Shown: one piece after another, positions 49,088-61,555 of the stretch | Layout of the letters: the number at the start of each line of letters is the position of its first letter | Numbering within the stretch: the first letter of the stretch is position 1 | Source: Selaginella moellendorffii | Taxonomy: Eukaryota; Plantae; Lycopodiophyta | Direction of reading: 5' to 3' | Assembly (NCBI RefSeq): GCF_000143415.4 | Contig: NW_003314264.1 | Span: forward strand, 3,171,710 to 3,235,709 | DNA length: 64,000 nucleotides | Made by a program: the position numbers and the translations under genes | Notes under the pieces: generated by a model | Seen by the model: only the letters and a program-made list of their open reading frames with translations | The model's database searches: none | Told to the model about the DNA's origin: nothing

Positions 49088-52000
49088 ATGGCGACGGGCG
49101 ATGGTGATGGCGATGGCGGTGGAAGCGACAACGCGAACGAGGTGGTGTAGGTTTTTCTTGCCCAATCTAGACACCTCGGACTGGGCGACGAGCTGGGAGG
49201 TGGTGATGGCTCCTCCGCAAGGCAGTGTGACAGCGGGTGATTTCTTGCCAAGGACAGGGCTTTGATTTCTCTTGCACCAAGACGGCAATGGTCACGAGAA
49301 ACTTGTGAGAGATCTCCTCTGGAGGGCAAGAAAGCGTAGCAAGCATGCAGGGAGCTAAGCCGGGGGGCCGCAAGGAGGTGGAAAGGGAGAGGCGGAAAAG
49401 CTTGGCGTTGGATAGAAGGAAGACCGCGGCCATTAATCAGGGAAGCACAAGTGGAGCCGTAAAGAATTTCGGTCACAGCAGTACGCTCACGCCACGGACT
49501 CTGGTGAAGCGATCCCACCACAAGGAGCACGTCTTGAATGTGAGCGGCCTTCTTTTTCTTCCGCGAAAGCTACCACAGTATACTTTTCTTCCATCGCTCG
49601 CAGCTTGTGGTGGTGGTAATGGCGGTTGCTTTTCTAGATCCTTGCCGAGAAGAACTTGAGGATCGGAGCCTTCGGGAAGGTTGAGACGCAGGAGGATCAG
49701 CCGGCATGGAAAGCTCGGCCCAACGCACAGCAAAGCCCGCAAGTTCTAAACTTGAAGAAGAGGATGGAGCAGAGGAAGAGGCATATGACGCAGTACACGA
49801 AGAACAACACATTTGTGGACATCTTCAAGGTGGTATTTTTTCTAGTTTTTCTTTCGATTTTTTTTTTGCTTTTGTTATGTCGTGTTTAGATTCCATGCCT
49901 TCTCTAATCAAAACTTTTACCGTTCAGGACACTGAGGACCGCCGAACACCGCCAGCGACGGCAGGAATTGTTGTTGCCGGTACAATCGAGCTGGTTGCTC
50001 GTCAGGTTATTGAGAAGCACGCTGAGATCCAACACAGGTAAGCAAGCGCACACCTAAACTTCCAGAGTTAGATTGATATGCCTCGCTGAGAGTTATCCAA
50101 CAGCGATGCGTGCTTGAGAGAAAGCGACCAAAACACATTTTTCTTCGTTTTTTTCTTTTTCTTGTATTTTTTATTTCTCTCTTTTTACGCTTGTGTGCGC
50201 TGTAGGTGAATGCAACTTGCATTGATGACTATCATCGTACTTGAGTGTGCAGAGAAAAGAAAGGAGTCTGGGCCCAATTAGGAAAGCCTTATGCGTGCTT
50301 TGGCTTACCAGCTTCGGCCATACCGAAGGACTGTCCAATGCCAGCCGGGGCTCCACCTGGTGAAATGTATCCTTTCTTTGGACACGCTCAGAAGCCGCAA
50401 CTGTTAGAAGTCGGACAAGACGTTACAAAGTTTAGAAGAAAGCGTGCTCAACCTGTCACACGGGAAAGCTTAAACATGCAGGGCATGCTGATAAAGCTGG
50501 GCCTGCAAGGTAGGACTACTGATACTACTCACCTTTGTCACCCGTTTGCCTGTGATCTGATCCTACAAATTCTTTTCCTGAGTGATTTGCATGTTTTGTA
50601 CAGACTAATGGACGGCGTTTGTTTTCATCAGCGTGTTCTCATATTTTCTGTAGGCAGTACAAAATTCCCAAGGGCACCTCTTGTCGAGGCAAATGACTTG
50701 AAGACGGCTGTGAAGTACGGTGGTGCTTGCTACACACTTGGGAGGTCCGTGCCTTCTTCAAAGCGTTCCAATTTTGACGGTATGTACTTCAGTGCCTGGC
50801 CTGCTTCTTTTTTCAGAACTTCTTCTTTGCAGGAAGAAGCAGGCTTTCCTTTGATCTAACTGAGCTGTTTGAAAGGTAAGATAATAGTATACATCTGGAT
50901 TGATGTGCTGTGGCTCCTAATTCTCAGTTGGCGGAGCATATCTGGTGGATCACAGGTATGGCCCTTTCATAGTTTTTTACATGACTTGTAGCTGACTCCG
51001 ACAAGGTCTATAGAGTGTTTTGGATATGGATTTTAGTAACGTGCCGCCGCCACGAATGCCTGGTGTGAGCTTGCCGCAGCTGGCGAAGTCACCAGCACCT
51101 CAACTTGAGCGTCCAAGCACCAGTGCTGGAGAACAGTCTTCGCATAGTCTGGTATTTTATTGTATGCTAAAGATCCCTGCGTCATAGATGTCGTCTTCCC
51201 TGCGCAGCTATATGGCTGGAAGAAAGGTTTTGCTGATACGAGGAAAAGGCTGCAAGACAAGCTTACACAGCGGCTAATGAATAGAACAGTTCGGCGAAGG
51301 CATTTTAGATCGTGTTCCCCTTCTACAGCAGAGGTATCCTGTTTGTTTTATTGACAATGCCGAAGTAGTTTCTCCTTTTGAAGATTTCGATCAAGCTTTT
51401 GGAACACTTAGAGGAACGGGGTGGTGGTTCTAAAACTCCACTACAGACAGGACACATCTGGTCAGCATCACTCTCAGAGAGATCTGATTCCTGACAAATC
51501 AGGTGGCAATGCAGGAAGGGTGTCGAAGATAAACAGAGAGAGATGGACGCGTCGGCTGTAGATCCGGAAGTGGAAGCTATCAGCAAGTTCTACGAGCGTG
51601 TGTGCATGTTTGTCAACAACCAGAAGATGGATGATCCACTTATGGACATGCTTGTCAGCCATCTTAAAGAGTAAGTTCGCTGTTTGATTGGGATTATTTT
51701 TCTTGTCCCTGTGTTTTATTCTAGACTGTTGGAAGAAGGCTACAAGCTGCAAAAGAATCTACTCATAGCTCTCTGCGAACGCTTGTCGAAGTTACAAGGT
51801 ACTTTGTGCTTGGTCGGGTTTAACTTCTGTTCTTTTTCTTTCCAGATCACGTCGAGGCTACCGGGAGAATGACATGCTTGATGCCTATTCTCAACTTCAT
51901 CTGCAAGGAGCTTCACCTCACGTCCGTGGAATTCAACTCCATTCTTGGCAGATTTGGCCTGGATTGGTACAACACTTTCACCAGGCCATCTCTCTCGGTG

Positions 52001-52130
52001 ACACCAGCTCCATAGAGTTCTTCCGCTCAACGCAAACTCATTGCGGTGAACTTTAAGAGCGTCTGGATGTAAGTCCGACTCTATCATTCCCACCTTTCTC
52101 ACCTTTCTTTTCTCGTTGGCTTGCAGAAAT
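49088..52130 (+). pseudogene. Multi-exon-looking unknown locus with in-frame stops; probable decayed lineage-specific gene
   Basis: Alternating coding-like blocks and GT..pyrimidine..AG introns, but stops interrupt the apparent exons (e.g. 49306, ~50242, ~51106, ~51146). No family recognised. Confidence 0.4.
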
Positions 52131-52341
52131 CAAAGGGAGGTGCCAAACCGTGCTGGCAAAAGTGTCCGCTTTAACTTCGAGAGGTAACATTATTTCCGTG
52201 GGATACAGAACGTCGGCTGGACTCACGAGAAACCCAATTCGTGGTCGGCGACTCTGGCCTTCGCATTTCGTATTTAAGCCTAACATTCTTTCCCTTCACT
52301 CCACTCATTCTTTCTTTTGTTTCCTGCAACCGCTATAGATC

Positions 52342-52662
52342 ATGGCCGCAGCACGATCGACACTGGCAGCGCCACTTCTCATCCTCCTCCTGCTAGCTCT
52401 GGATCATCCGGCTCAAGCGAGAACCTCTCAAGGCAGTTGCAACTCAGTCCTGGGGAGGCTGGGCCCGTGCTTGACGTCCGTGCTTGGTTCCAAGCCGCCA
52501 GCTCCATCGCGAGCGTGCTGTGCAGCTGTTCACGCCGTCGCCCCGCGGCTGGTGTGCCGCTGCTTGCTGGGCGCGGCAAGAAAACTCAAGGGCGTCAACT
52601 TTAGCGCGGCCCGATCCATTCCGAGCAAGTGCCATGCCTCAGCCAGCTTCAAGTGTATATGA
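52342..52662 (+). CDS. Non-specific lipid transfer protein
   Basis: Signal peptide plus 8-Cys motif C-X9-C-X15-CC-X11-CXC-X22-C-X7-C. Confidence 0.9.
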   Translation: MAAARSTLAAPLLILLLLALDHPAQARTSQGSCNSVLGRLGPCLTSVLGSKPPAPSRACCAAVHAVAPRLVCRCLLGAARKLKGVNFSAARSIPSKCHASASFKCI

Positions 52663-52773
52663 TGTGATTCTCTTGTTCATGATCGAAATAAACGATATCC
52701 CTACCTTTTTTTACCCTTTTTGTGTATTTAAAATACTGAATGATAGGGTTCATAGACAAAGCTTGCGAAAAGA

Positions 52774-53652
52774 ATGAGGGTGTTCCCTGGATTCCCTGTT
52801 GCCCAACGAGTAATCGCCGCTAGCAACTCGATTGATTTGCCCTACCACCTCCGGCCTCTAAAGCTCGGCTGCCGCGCTCTCCCCCAGCCCGTGGAAAACG
52901 AAAAGTTTGCCGTGGACGTGGACGCGAGCTTTGCATGGGACTCGGGCATTGTTGTACAGGAGCGCGGAGCTTGCGTACGGAGGAGAGCCTTCCTGATGGA
53001 CCTGGACGACGAGGCGTTGTTGTGGAGGCAAGTCCCACCGTTGGATTTCCCCAGCGTGGAGTCGGCCGCGACATGCAACGGTCGGATCTACGCCCTGGCC
53101 AGCGGCGCCGTACACGCGTACGACGGGGTGGCGTGGCGGCGGCTCGAGGAGCTCGGCGCCGCGTGCCTGGAGAGGCTGTTTAGCGTACGCAACCGGCAGC
53201 TGGTCGGGGCCTTTGTGTACGGAGGCCCGAGGTTGGAGCTCCGGGCGCTGGATCCGGTGACCCAAAGTTGGTCGCGGGGCTTTGGATCCGATCATGGCTT
53301 GGAGGGCTCTTGCCTAGCCAGAGACAAGTCGAGGAAGCCGATGGTGGCGGCGATTGGAGACGCGATTGTGATGACCCGATGGGTTTCTGGCGATGGCGGC
53401 GCGACGAAGAACAGATTTTATGCGTGGGATGGATCGAAATCGGCGTGGCAAGGGATGGGCGGAGATGGGGACTACATGATCGAGGGCGTTTGCACCCAAA
53501 TTGCCCCAGCAAATGCAAGTGAAGTATATGTTTCCAGCCTGACGAAGGGCGTGATCGATAATAGGTCTGTTTACAAGGGTATGGTAAGGTGGCAGAGCTG
53601 GGAGATATGGTGGGAGCTGGTAAATAGTGGGCATTTGGTATGTGCCTTCTAA
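52774..53652 (+). CDS. Intronless unknown protein, possibly a kelch/beta-propeller-like fold
   Basis: 292 aa ATG-initiated GC-rich ORF with repeated Trp-terminated blades (WRQVPPL, NGRIYA..YDGVAWRRL, LDPVTQSW). Confidence 0.55.
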   Translation: MRVFPGFPVAQRVIAASNSIDLPYHLRPLKLGCRALPQPVENEKFAVDVDASFAWDSGIVVQERGACVRRRAFLMDLDDEALLWRQVPPLDFPSVESAATCNGRIYALASGAVHAYDGVAWRRLEELGAACLERLFSVRNRQLVGAFVYGGPRLELRALDPVTQSWSRGFGSDHGLEGSCLARDKSRKPMVAAIGDAIVMTRWVSGDGGATKNRFYAWDGSKSAWQGMGGDGDYMIEGVCTQIAPANASEVYVSSLTKGVIDNRSVYKGMVRWQSWEIWWELVNSGHLVCAF

Positions 53653-53816
53653 AGTAAAAATATTTCAGTTGTAAAAAAATAAAAAGGTAATCTCTCAGCC
53701 GTAAGAAAATATTGTAAATAATAGGTAGGGTAAAAATCATAAAGGTTTTATAAGGCGTAAACACCAAGGCATTGGAGTTGCTTTTTAGGGTTTGTGAGCA
53801 GTGCGACAGGAGAGCG

Positions 53817-55834
53817 ATGAGCGCCATGGAGGAGGACAAGGCGACGACGACCGCGAGCGAGGCTTCGTCCTCCAAGGCCGGCGCTGGCATCGATTACGCG
53901 GCGCTGGAGAGGGATATCAGCTCGCAGCGGGCAGTCGCGCTCCAGGTAATGCGATCTAGGGCTTGCCGGAGCACGGCTCACCGCGGATTCTCTCCTGGCT
54001 CGTGGCTTGTCGTGGCAGGATGGGAAGCTCAATGCCGCCATTGAGTCGCTGCTCAATCTGGAGAAGGGAATGAGACTCGCCGCGGATGTTCCTGGCACGC
54101 GCAAGGTCGTTGTGGCGATTGTGGAGCTCTGCTTCGAGACGAAATCTTGGAAGACGCTCAATGACCAGATTATGCTGCTGTCCAAGCGCCGGGGCCAGCT
54201 CAAACAAGTGAGTTCCTTCTTGCGAGAGAATTTTCCAAGTGACTACCAATTTTTTCTTTCCCAGGCTGTGACGTCGATGGTCCAACAAGCAATGCAGTAC
54301 CTCGACAAGGCTCCTGACCAGGAAACGGAGGTGGAGCTCATCAAGACTCTGAACCTGGTGTGCGCTGGAAAGGTTTGTAGTGAACAAGATTGCAAGCTAT
54401 GAGTTGCTACTTAGATCATTTTGTCCAGATCTATGTGGAGATAGAGAGAGCCAGATTGATTCGAAGACTGGCGACAATTAAAGAGGGCCAAGGACTGATT
54501 GCTGAGGCGGCAGAGCTGATGCAGGAAGTAGCGGTAAGCACATTCCAGCAAGATCATGTCTGGTCTGGTTAACCTGTTTGAAATTTAGGTGGAGACTTTT
54601 GGGGCAATGGCCAAAACGGAGAAGATAGCTTTCATACTGGAACAGGTAACAGCTCTCTTTCCATTTCTCTTTTCAGAAAAGAAAGAACTGACTATGCTGT
54701 ATTTCAGATCAGGCTCTGTCTAGCCAAGCACGACTACATGCGGGCCCAAATACTTTCCAGAAAGATCAACCCTCGGGTGTTTGTTGCTGACTCGAAAGAA
54801 AAGAAGAAGAAAGAAGGAGACAACATCGTGGAGGAAGCCCCTGCTGACGTTCCCTCACTCCTGCAGTTGAAAAGAATGTACTACGAGCTAATGATTACGT
54901 GAGTACCACTATGTTTGTAACTCTTTTGGAATCTAATTTTTCTTCCTTGTAGGTTTTACTCACACAGCAACGACTACTTGGAAATTTGCCGATGCTATCA
55001 GAACATCTACGATACTCCCTCTGTGAAAGAGAATCCGTCAGATTGGATGCCCGTAAGTGTAGTAATGGACTTTGGATTTTCTGCGCTAACGTTTTTTTAT
55101 GAACAGGCTTTGAGAAAGATATGTTGGTACCTGGTGTTGTCACCACATGATTCCATGCAATCTAGCTTGTTACACGCCACTCTCGAGGACAAGAAGCTAA
55201 CTGATCTTCCTCAATTTCGGTACGCCTCCTATCCGGCACTTAAAAATTTTCATATTGTAGTTCCTCAGGTCTCTGCTGGAGAGTTTCGTGACCATGGAAG
55301 TTGTGAGCTGGGACCAGTTTTGGACCACTTACAAAAGTGAATTCGAGCTCGAGGCGACACTTCCGGGGGGCAAACTGGTGGACAAAGCATTGGAGGATCT
55401 GCGGCGCCGAGTAATCGAGCACGTAAGCGTCTAGCTTCCTCTCAGCTTTGTTTCTAACAAAAGTTTTGTGCAGAACATACTAGTTGTGTCGAAATACTAC
55501 GCGAGAATCACCCTGACGCGGCTATCTCAGCTCCTGTGCTTGCCACTTGAGGTGAGCTTTGTGCTGCTAGGCTCAATCTCTGTCTCATCAATCTCGCTTT
55601 GTTTCGCTTCTTTAGGAGACGGAGACGTGCTTGTCGGAGATGGTAGTGTCGAAAGCTCTGGTTGCCAAAGTGGATCGGCCCGCGGGGATCATCTCTTTCC
55701 AGATGAACAGAGAAGGGAACGACGTGCTCAACTCGTGGGCCATCAACATCGAGAAGCTACTGGATTCGGTGGAGAAGAGCTGCCACAAGATTCACAAGGA
55801 GACGATGGTACACAAAGTGAGCTTGAAGGCTTAA
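53817..55834 (+). CDS. RPN5: 26S proteasome lid subunit RPN5 (PSMD12), multi-exon
   Basis: [69 protein letters not shown]. Confidence 0.96.
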
Positions 55835-55967
55835 AGAGAGACGTTTGTGTTCTCGAAATTTTTCACAACTAAACGAATGTTCTTGCTAATAAAAGGAGCC
55901 CTAGAGTATGATTAGAGATTGTCCTTGCTAAAGCTCGAGTGTGAAGACCATCCTAGTTCTTTTAGGG

Positions 55968-57864
55968 ATGCTGGCGGTAAGATTGAGGTGGCTCGTGATC
56001 TTGGCGCTATGGCTCGACCAGGTAAACGCAATGCATTTCTTAGCTCCAATCGTGGCTGTGGTTCCCTGAAAATGATAGGCCGCTTCCATAGCGACCCCAA
56101 ATTTTACACTCTACTACCCGAGGTTCTCTCAACTCGAGTGAAAGATGAATGTGGTTTTTGTGGTTATCGTCTTGCTTGCAGTGATGCGCTCTTGAGAGAA
56201 CTGGATGCTTTGGTGGCTCGCCATCCTTCGACAATGAGTGTAGGTACTTCTCTCTCGCTTGTCGAAGCTCTACTTTTGCTACTACTGTGAGAACTTATTT
56301 ATCTTATGTCGGCATTTGATTTTAAGTTGGAGGGGATCCAAGCGGATGCCTCCGACGGCTACAAAGCAGAGATTCGAGTTGTCACAGTGGCTGGCAGCGT
56401 TCAAGCATCGTCTTTCGACGATCGTGTGCGCATCTTTCTAGTAAGTGGCAATGAAATATCTTGCTGATTGTCAATAACTATCGAAGATCTAGAATTTTGG
56501 TCAGCATGGAAGGGAGCTGATCACGTCGGAGGTTGCACTGCGGCTGCTGCGAATTTTGAGCAGGGAGGACAAATCTGCAAGTAAGAAACATATAGATCGC
56601 ATTCTTTCCAGAACTGTGTTCAAGGTGAATTCACGTTTTTTTCTTTGTTTCATTTTCTTGCCGGTAACTCGAGGTAGAGGTTTCACATCTTGTTTTACTC
56701 GTCCAGATTGTCCCGATGGAAAATGTTAATGGACGGCAAATTGTGGAGAACGGAAGCCTCTGCGAAAGAAGAAACGGTACGCGTTTAATAGCTTGCAGCC
56801 CAGGAGCAACAGGAGCAAAAGACTTATTACTTGTTTCTAGGCAGGGGTGTTGATACAAATCGAAACTGGAAAGTGAACTGGGGAGTGAAAGAAAAGGTGA
56901 CGAACTCTCTGTTTCTCAAGCTTGCTTGTGCTGGACGAAGGCATTTTTCTTCGCAGGATTACGACCCAACCGAGGAGTTCCCGGGAACAGCTCCATTTAG
57001 CGAGCCAGAAACACGGATACTTCGAGACATTGCTCTGCGTTTTAAGCCTCATCTCTGGGTGAACGTTCACTCGGGGATGCAGGTAAGGATCCTCCAAGGA
57101 AAAACATTGCGGACTCTCAAAAAAGTTTTTCCTTCTCCTTTCTTCCAGGCTTTGTTCATGCCTTACGATCATAAGAACGCGACCCCGGGCTATCAGGCAG
57201 CTGCAAGAATGAGCTTCTTGTTGCAAACTCTAAACGCTCTACATTGCAACGGGAACTGCACAGTGGGCTCTGGAGGTGGTGCAGTCGGGTGAGGCTCGAC
57301 CTTTTCTTTCTTTTCAAAGCTTTGTTCTTGATCTCTGGATGAATTTGCTCGCGCAGATACTTGGCACACGGAACTGCGACTGACTACATGTACGATGTAT
57401 TGAAAGTGCCAAGCGCATTCACGTTTGAGGTAGACAATTCTCAACTCAAGTTGATCCATTTTCACGCTCTTCTTTTTGTCAGATTTACGGGGACGTGCAT
57501 GCCAACCGCGACGATTGTTTTAGAATGTTCAATCCCACAACACCAGGCGCGTTTGAGGTAGCACACTACTCTCGTTTCTCTTTCCATATAACAAAACCAA
57601 AGCTTACAGAGCGTCGTCACGAGATGGTCTCTAGCATTCGTGACACTCGCGTTTAATCTCAGCAGCATGCCAAGCAAGGCCCTTGGAAGAAGCCGCAAGG
57701 TCGGAAGAACTCTGTGGGATTCCACCAGAGATGACGCGCAGAATCCGATTGTGTCAAGGGAGCTCCGCTTCTATTTACTTGCAACTGGCCTCATCCTGTG
57801 CTGCGTTTGTTACAAGCTAGTTAGTCGTCTGTGCCATTGCAGCCCGCTTAAATCACTAACCTGA
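55968..57864 (+). CDS. M14 zinc carboxypeptidase with signal peptide and C-terminal TM helix, multi-exon
   Basis: NFGQHGRELITSE (HxxE), RGVDTNRNW, GTAPFSEPET, NVHSG, HGTATDYMYD, FTFE. Confidence 0.9.
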
Positions 57865-58412
57865 TACCAATTCTTCGCAAATACTCGTGTTGTCTACGCA
57901 AAGCTCGAGGAGTCAAAGGTGGACGATAGTCTTTAGTTCTATCACCTGCCGCAAGACAACACAAAGCAAACAGTGTGTGAGCCACAAGCTTGGAGCATGG
58001 CGAGAAAACAAATCTCACACCTGGGCTGCGAGTACACAGTGGTGAGTTTGGTGGAAAAGCCTCAGTCCTCGGCCGTGCCGTTCGCCTGGAGCACCTAATC
58101 AAAACTAATACTTTAACACACAAGAAAAAGTAAAGGAAGAACAACATCGAAAAGTCTCACCTTTTCCAAGTGTTGGCCTCATAAAATGAATTTCACCCTC
58201 CACACCCACCGCGAGCAATTGCACGTCGATCGATTCTTTAAACCTCGTCGCGAAATCCCACTCCAGCGCGAGGTAGCCGATGGGATTCCAGGCAGCTACC
58301 TGAGCAGTCACAGGCATTTAGAACCAAAACAATCAGGCCCTGGCTGTCTATAAGATTGGTCCATACCTCTCGCTGACGCTAGACACATCTCTCCACATCG
58401 GGCCCCGGGAAA

Positions 58413-60055
58413 ATGGAGAATCTCCCACTCACGACCATCTTCAGCAGCTTCTTCACTGGGATCCGCTACCATCTCCAGCCATTCCCACTCGTCTCCAAAT
58501 GCAAGAACCAGGCCAGGACGCACCACTCGATCGTCTCCAATTTCCTGGGCACGCTTGTTCTGGAGAAGAGCCCGTTCCCGTTCTTCATGCTCGTAGCTTT
58601 CGAGGCCGGAGGCTTCATACGAGCCCTCCTCCTGCTCCTGCTCTTTCCGCTCGTCTTCTTCCTCAGTCACTTCTTGTCGGCTGGATCATCCGTGAAGCTC
58701 ATGATCTTCGTCACCTTCGCTGGCCTTAAGCTTTCCGACATCGAGCTCATTTCCCTGGGAGTGCTCTCCAAGTTCTACGGCGACAGGATCCGCGCCAGTA
58801 GCTACACAGTCTTCACGTCGTTTGGATTCCGCTGCATTGTCACGGAGTTGCCCCGGATCATGGTGGAGCCGTTTGCAAAACGCTACCTTGGAGCGGACAT
58901 GATAGTAGGAACCGGAATCACGAGCTTCAGAGGTAGAGCTACGGGGTTCTGCGACTCGCATGGCGTCCTGGTCGGCGAAAAGAAGCTGGATGGCTTGACG
59001 AGAGCGCTCAAGGATATGGCTACTCCCAATGTAGGACTCGGCGATTCTCCTGCTGACTATCCCTTCATGGGCTTTTGCGAGGTGAGTAGTTTTTCTTCCT
59101 CCCAAAGATCTGGAAAAGTCTCCTTCCTTGCTGTGCTGTTTGCTGCCAGGAATCGTATCTAGTGCCGCTGGAAAACTCCACTGTTCTCCCACAGGACAAG
59201 CTCGCGTCACCAGTCATCTTCCACGACGGCCGTCTCGTCAAGCTTCCAACTCCGATCAACATGCTCCTCACATTCCTGTGGTTACCGATCGGATTCCCGC
59301 TGGCGCTCATCCGGATGGCCGCCGGATCACTGCTCCCAATGCGCGCCGTCTACCACGCATTCCTCCTGCTGGGCGTCCGCATCATCATCAGAGGCAAAAT
59401 CCCATCCTCCAGAAAGCCCGCGATCGATCAGCAGCCCGGCGATCACGGTGTGATGTTTGTCTGCACTCACCGATCACTGCTCGACCCGATCTTCCTGTCC
59501 GCCGCGCTGGGCCGCCCGGTCACCGCCGTCACATACTCCATCTCCCGCCTCTCGGAGCTCCTGAGCCCTATCCCGACCGCGCGGCTGACCCGGGATCGAA
59601 CCCGCGACGCGGCCAACATCCGCGAGCTGCTTCGAACCGGCGACCTGGCCGTGTGCCCAGAGGGCACCACGTGTCGCACGCCCTACCTCCTACGATTCAG
59701 CGCCCTGTTTGCCGAGCTGACGGACAGGATCGTCCCGGTGGCGATGGAGGCGGGAGTTTCGAATTTTCATGGCTCCGCCGCCAGAACCTGGAAGGGCGCC
59801 GATCCATTCTACTTCTTCATGAATCCCTCGCCCAGCTACACGGTGACGTTCCTGGATCAGATCCCCGCCGAGAAGACGTGCGCTGGGGGTGGAATCCCCG
59901 CGCACGACGTCGCGAATTACATCCAGGGATTGCTCGCCGCGGCACTGCGATTCCAATGCACGAGCCTGACGAGGAGAGACAAGTATCGAGCACTCACCGG
60001 CACGGATGGGATCGTCACAGCGGCGGTGCCGAGGTCGCGAAGCGCCATAGCCTAG
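58413..60055 (+). CDS. GPAT: sn-2 glycerol-3-phosphate acyltransferase (GPAT1-8 family), 2 exons
   Basis: [29 protein letters not shown] (HxxxxD), CPEGTT, FFMNP; intron 59082-59149. Confidence 0.95.
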
Positions 60056-60642
60056 GGCTGAGACGAGAGATCCACACAGGTCGGGGGTTCGAATCTATCT
60101 CACGCGCGCTTTCTTTTTGCGCCATGATGTAACGAAGTGGCACTTTGTGCTGTCTGGACGGATTCGAACCTGGGACCCCCGCGTGTCAGTGATAGTGATT
60201 TGACGTGGAGGGAAAGCTTTGTTTGCCAGTGAGAATAGCTATAGTGGACGATGAAGACGATGAGACACACGCACACCCGACTGGAATGGCCATCACATCC
60301 AAGAACCCTAAAACTGGCTGACTGACTGGACTGACCATGGAAGGAGAAATTTGAGAGAGAAGGAAGGCACGCCCAGCGCAGCGGCATTGTCTCGATCACC
60401 ACCGACGTGGGTTTGTTCTGCTTTAGGTGGAAATCTTGCGAGAAATCGCTGGATTGAGAAAACTAAAATCTCACGAGTAATCAATCGCAAGAAGAAAGCT
60501 TTTTCTCTAGATTCATTCGTTTCTTCGCCGATCGATCGATCTCACATCGCTTACACACTCGAAAAGAAAGAAAAGCAACACAAAGAAAGAAAACCCTGGA
60601 GGCTTGCGGCACAAAAAAACTCGAGATGCCGCCATCAATCGA

Positions 60643-61161
60643 TCAATCCGGGGGGAGCTGGACGCATCGCGGCTTGAGAGAAATCGAAGAGACGGCGCCG
60701 CTCAGCCTCTTGCAGAATTTCCTGGCGGAATGGCGGTGATGGTGGCGCTGATCGCCGTATTTGCACGAGACGAGCGACCACGCCGCGGCCTTGATCCTCT
60801 TGATGCTTCCCCGCAGTCGATCACACACGCTGAGCTTCCGGCGGAACTGGTAGCTGTGGAGATACAACTGGCGATCGTAGAAGTAGGAGCTGCCATAGCT
60901 GCTGCGTCGCGAGCATCGGCCGAGAACATCCGCGAGCTCTCCCTCCCGATCATCATCATCAAGATCGCCGCCGCCGCCTTCCTCTTCTTCCTCCTCTTCG
61001 TCTTCGCCTCCTCCCGGATTATCATCCTGGCCCGCCGAATCGCCGCCATGGCCGCCGCCGTCGCCCGCAAATGGATTCCCCACCGCCGCCTCCCAAGATT
61101 TCGAGCTCCGCCGGCTCCCGGAGCGCCGCGGCCGCAGCGATTGATCATAGCCGGGACACAT
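60643..61161 (-). CDS. Small plant-specific protein with an acidic tract and an RQLYLxSYxFxRK motif
   Basis: GC-rich intronless ORF; DRQLYLHSYQFRRKLSV resembles a conserved motif of uncharacterised plant proteins. Confidence 0.65.
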   Translation of the reverse strand: MCPGYDQSLRPRRSGSRRSSKSWEAAVGNPFAGDGGGHGGDSAGQDDNPGGGEDEEEEEEEGGGGDLDDDDREGELADVLGRCSRRSSYGSSYFYDRQLYLHSYQFRRKLSVCDRLRGSIKRIKAAAWSLVSCKYGDQRHHHRHSARKFCKRLSGAVSSISLKPRCVQLPPD

Positions 61162-61555
61162 TGCCGCCGTCGCGCCCGCGCTTCCGGTGCCCAAACAGAA
61201 ACCAAGAAAAAAGAAAGAAATCCCAGCGCCCTGGCGCGCCCTGATCACTCCAGGAAACGGACCGACGAAAGATTTCCGCGCGATCGATCGGCGGAGTCGG
61301 CGGTGGCAGCGGCGAGAAAAGACGCTGGTGGCGCTAGGGCGCTGCTCGTCCGAGAGGAGATCATGCGCGGCGGTCAGCCATAGTTTCGGCTGAAAACATG
61401 TCTTGTGGTTTGGGCTTTTAAGGCCAGCCAGAACGGGTGACTTAAGTAAATGTCATTAACCGGCACTAACATGATAAAGGCGGGAGTTAGGGCAAAAGCG
61501 CATATACTTTTCTCATAGGCGAATATACTCTGGGACCAGATCGCATATACCTTCC

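Noticed and set aside
52342-60055. nsLTP + GPAT as a cuticle/suberin cluster
   Set aside because: Separated by unrelated genes (RPN5, carboxypeptidase); no other pathway enzymes nearby.
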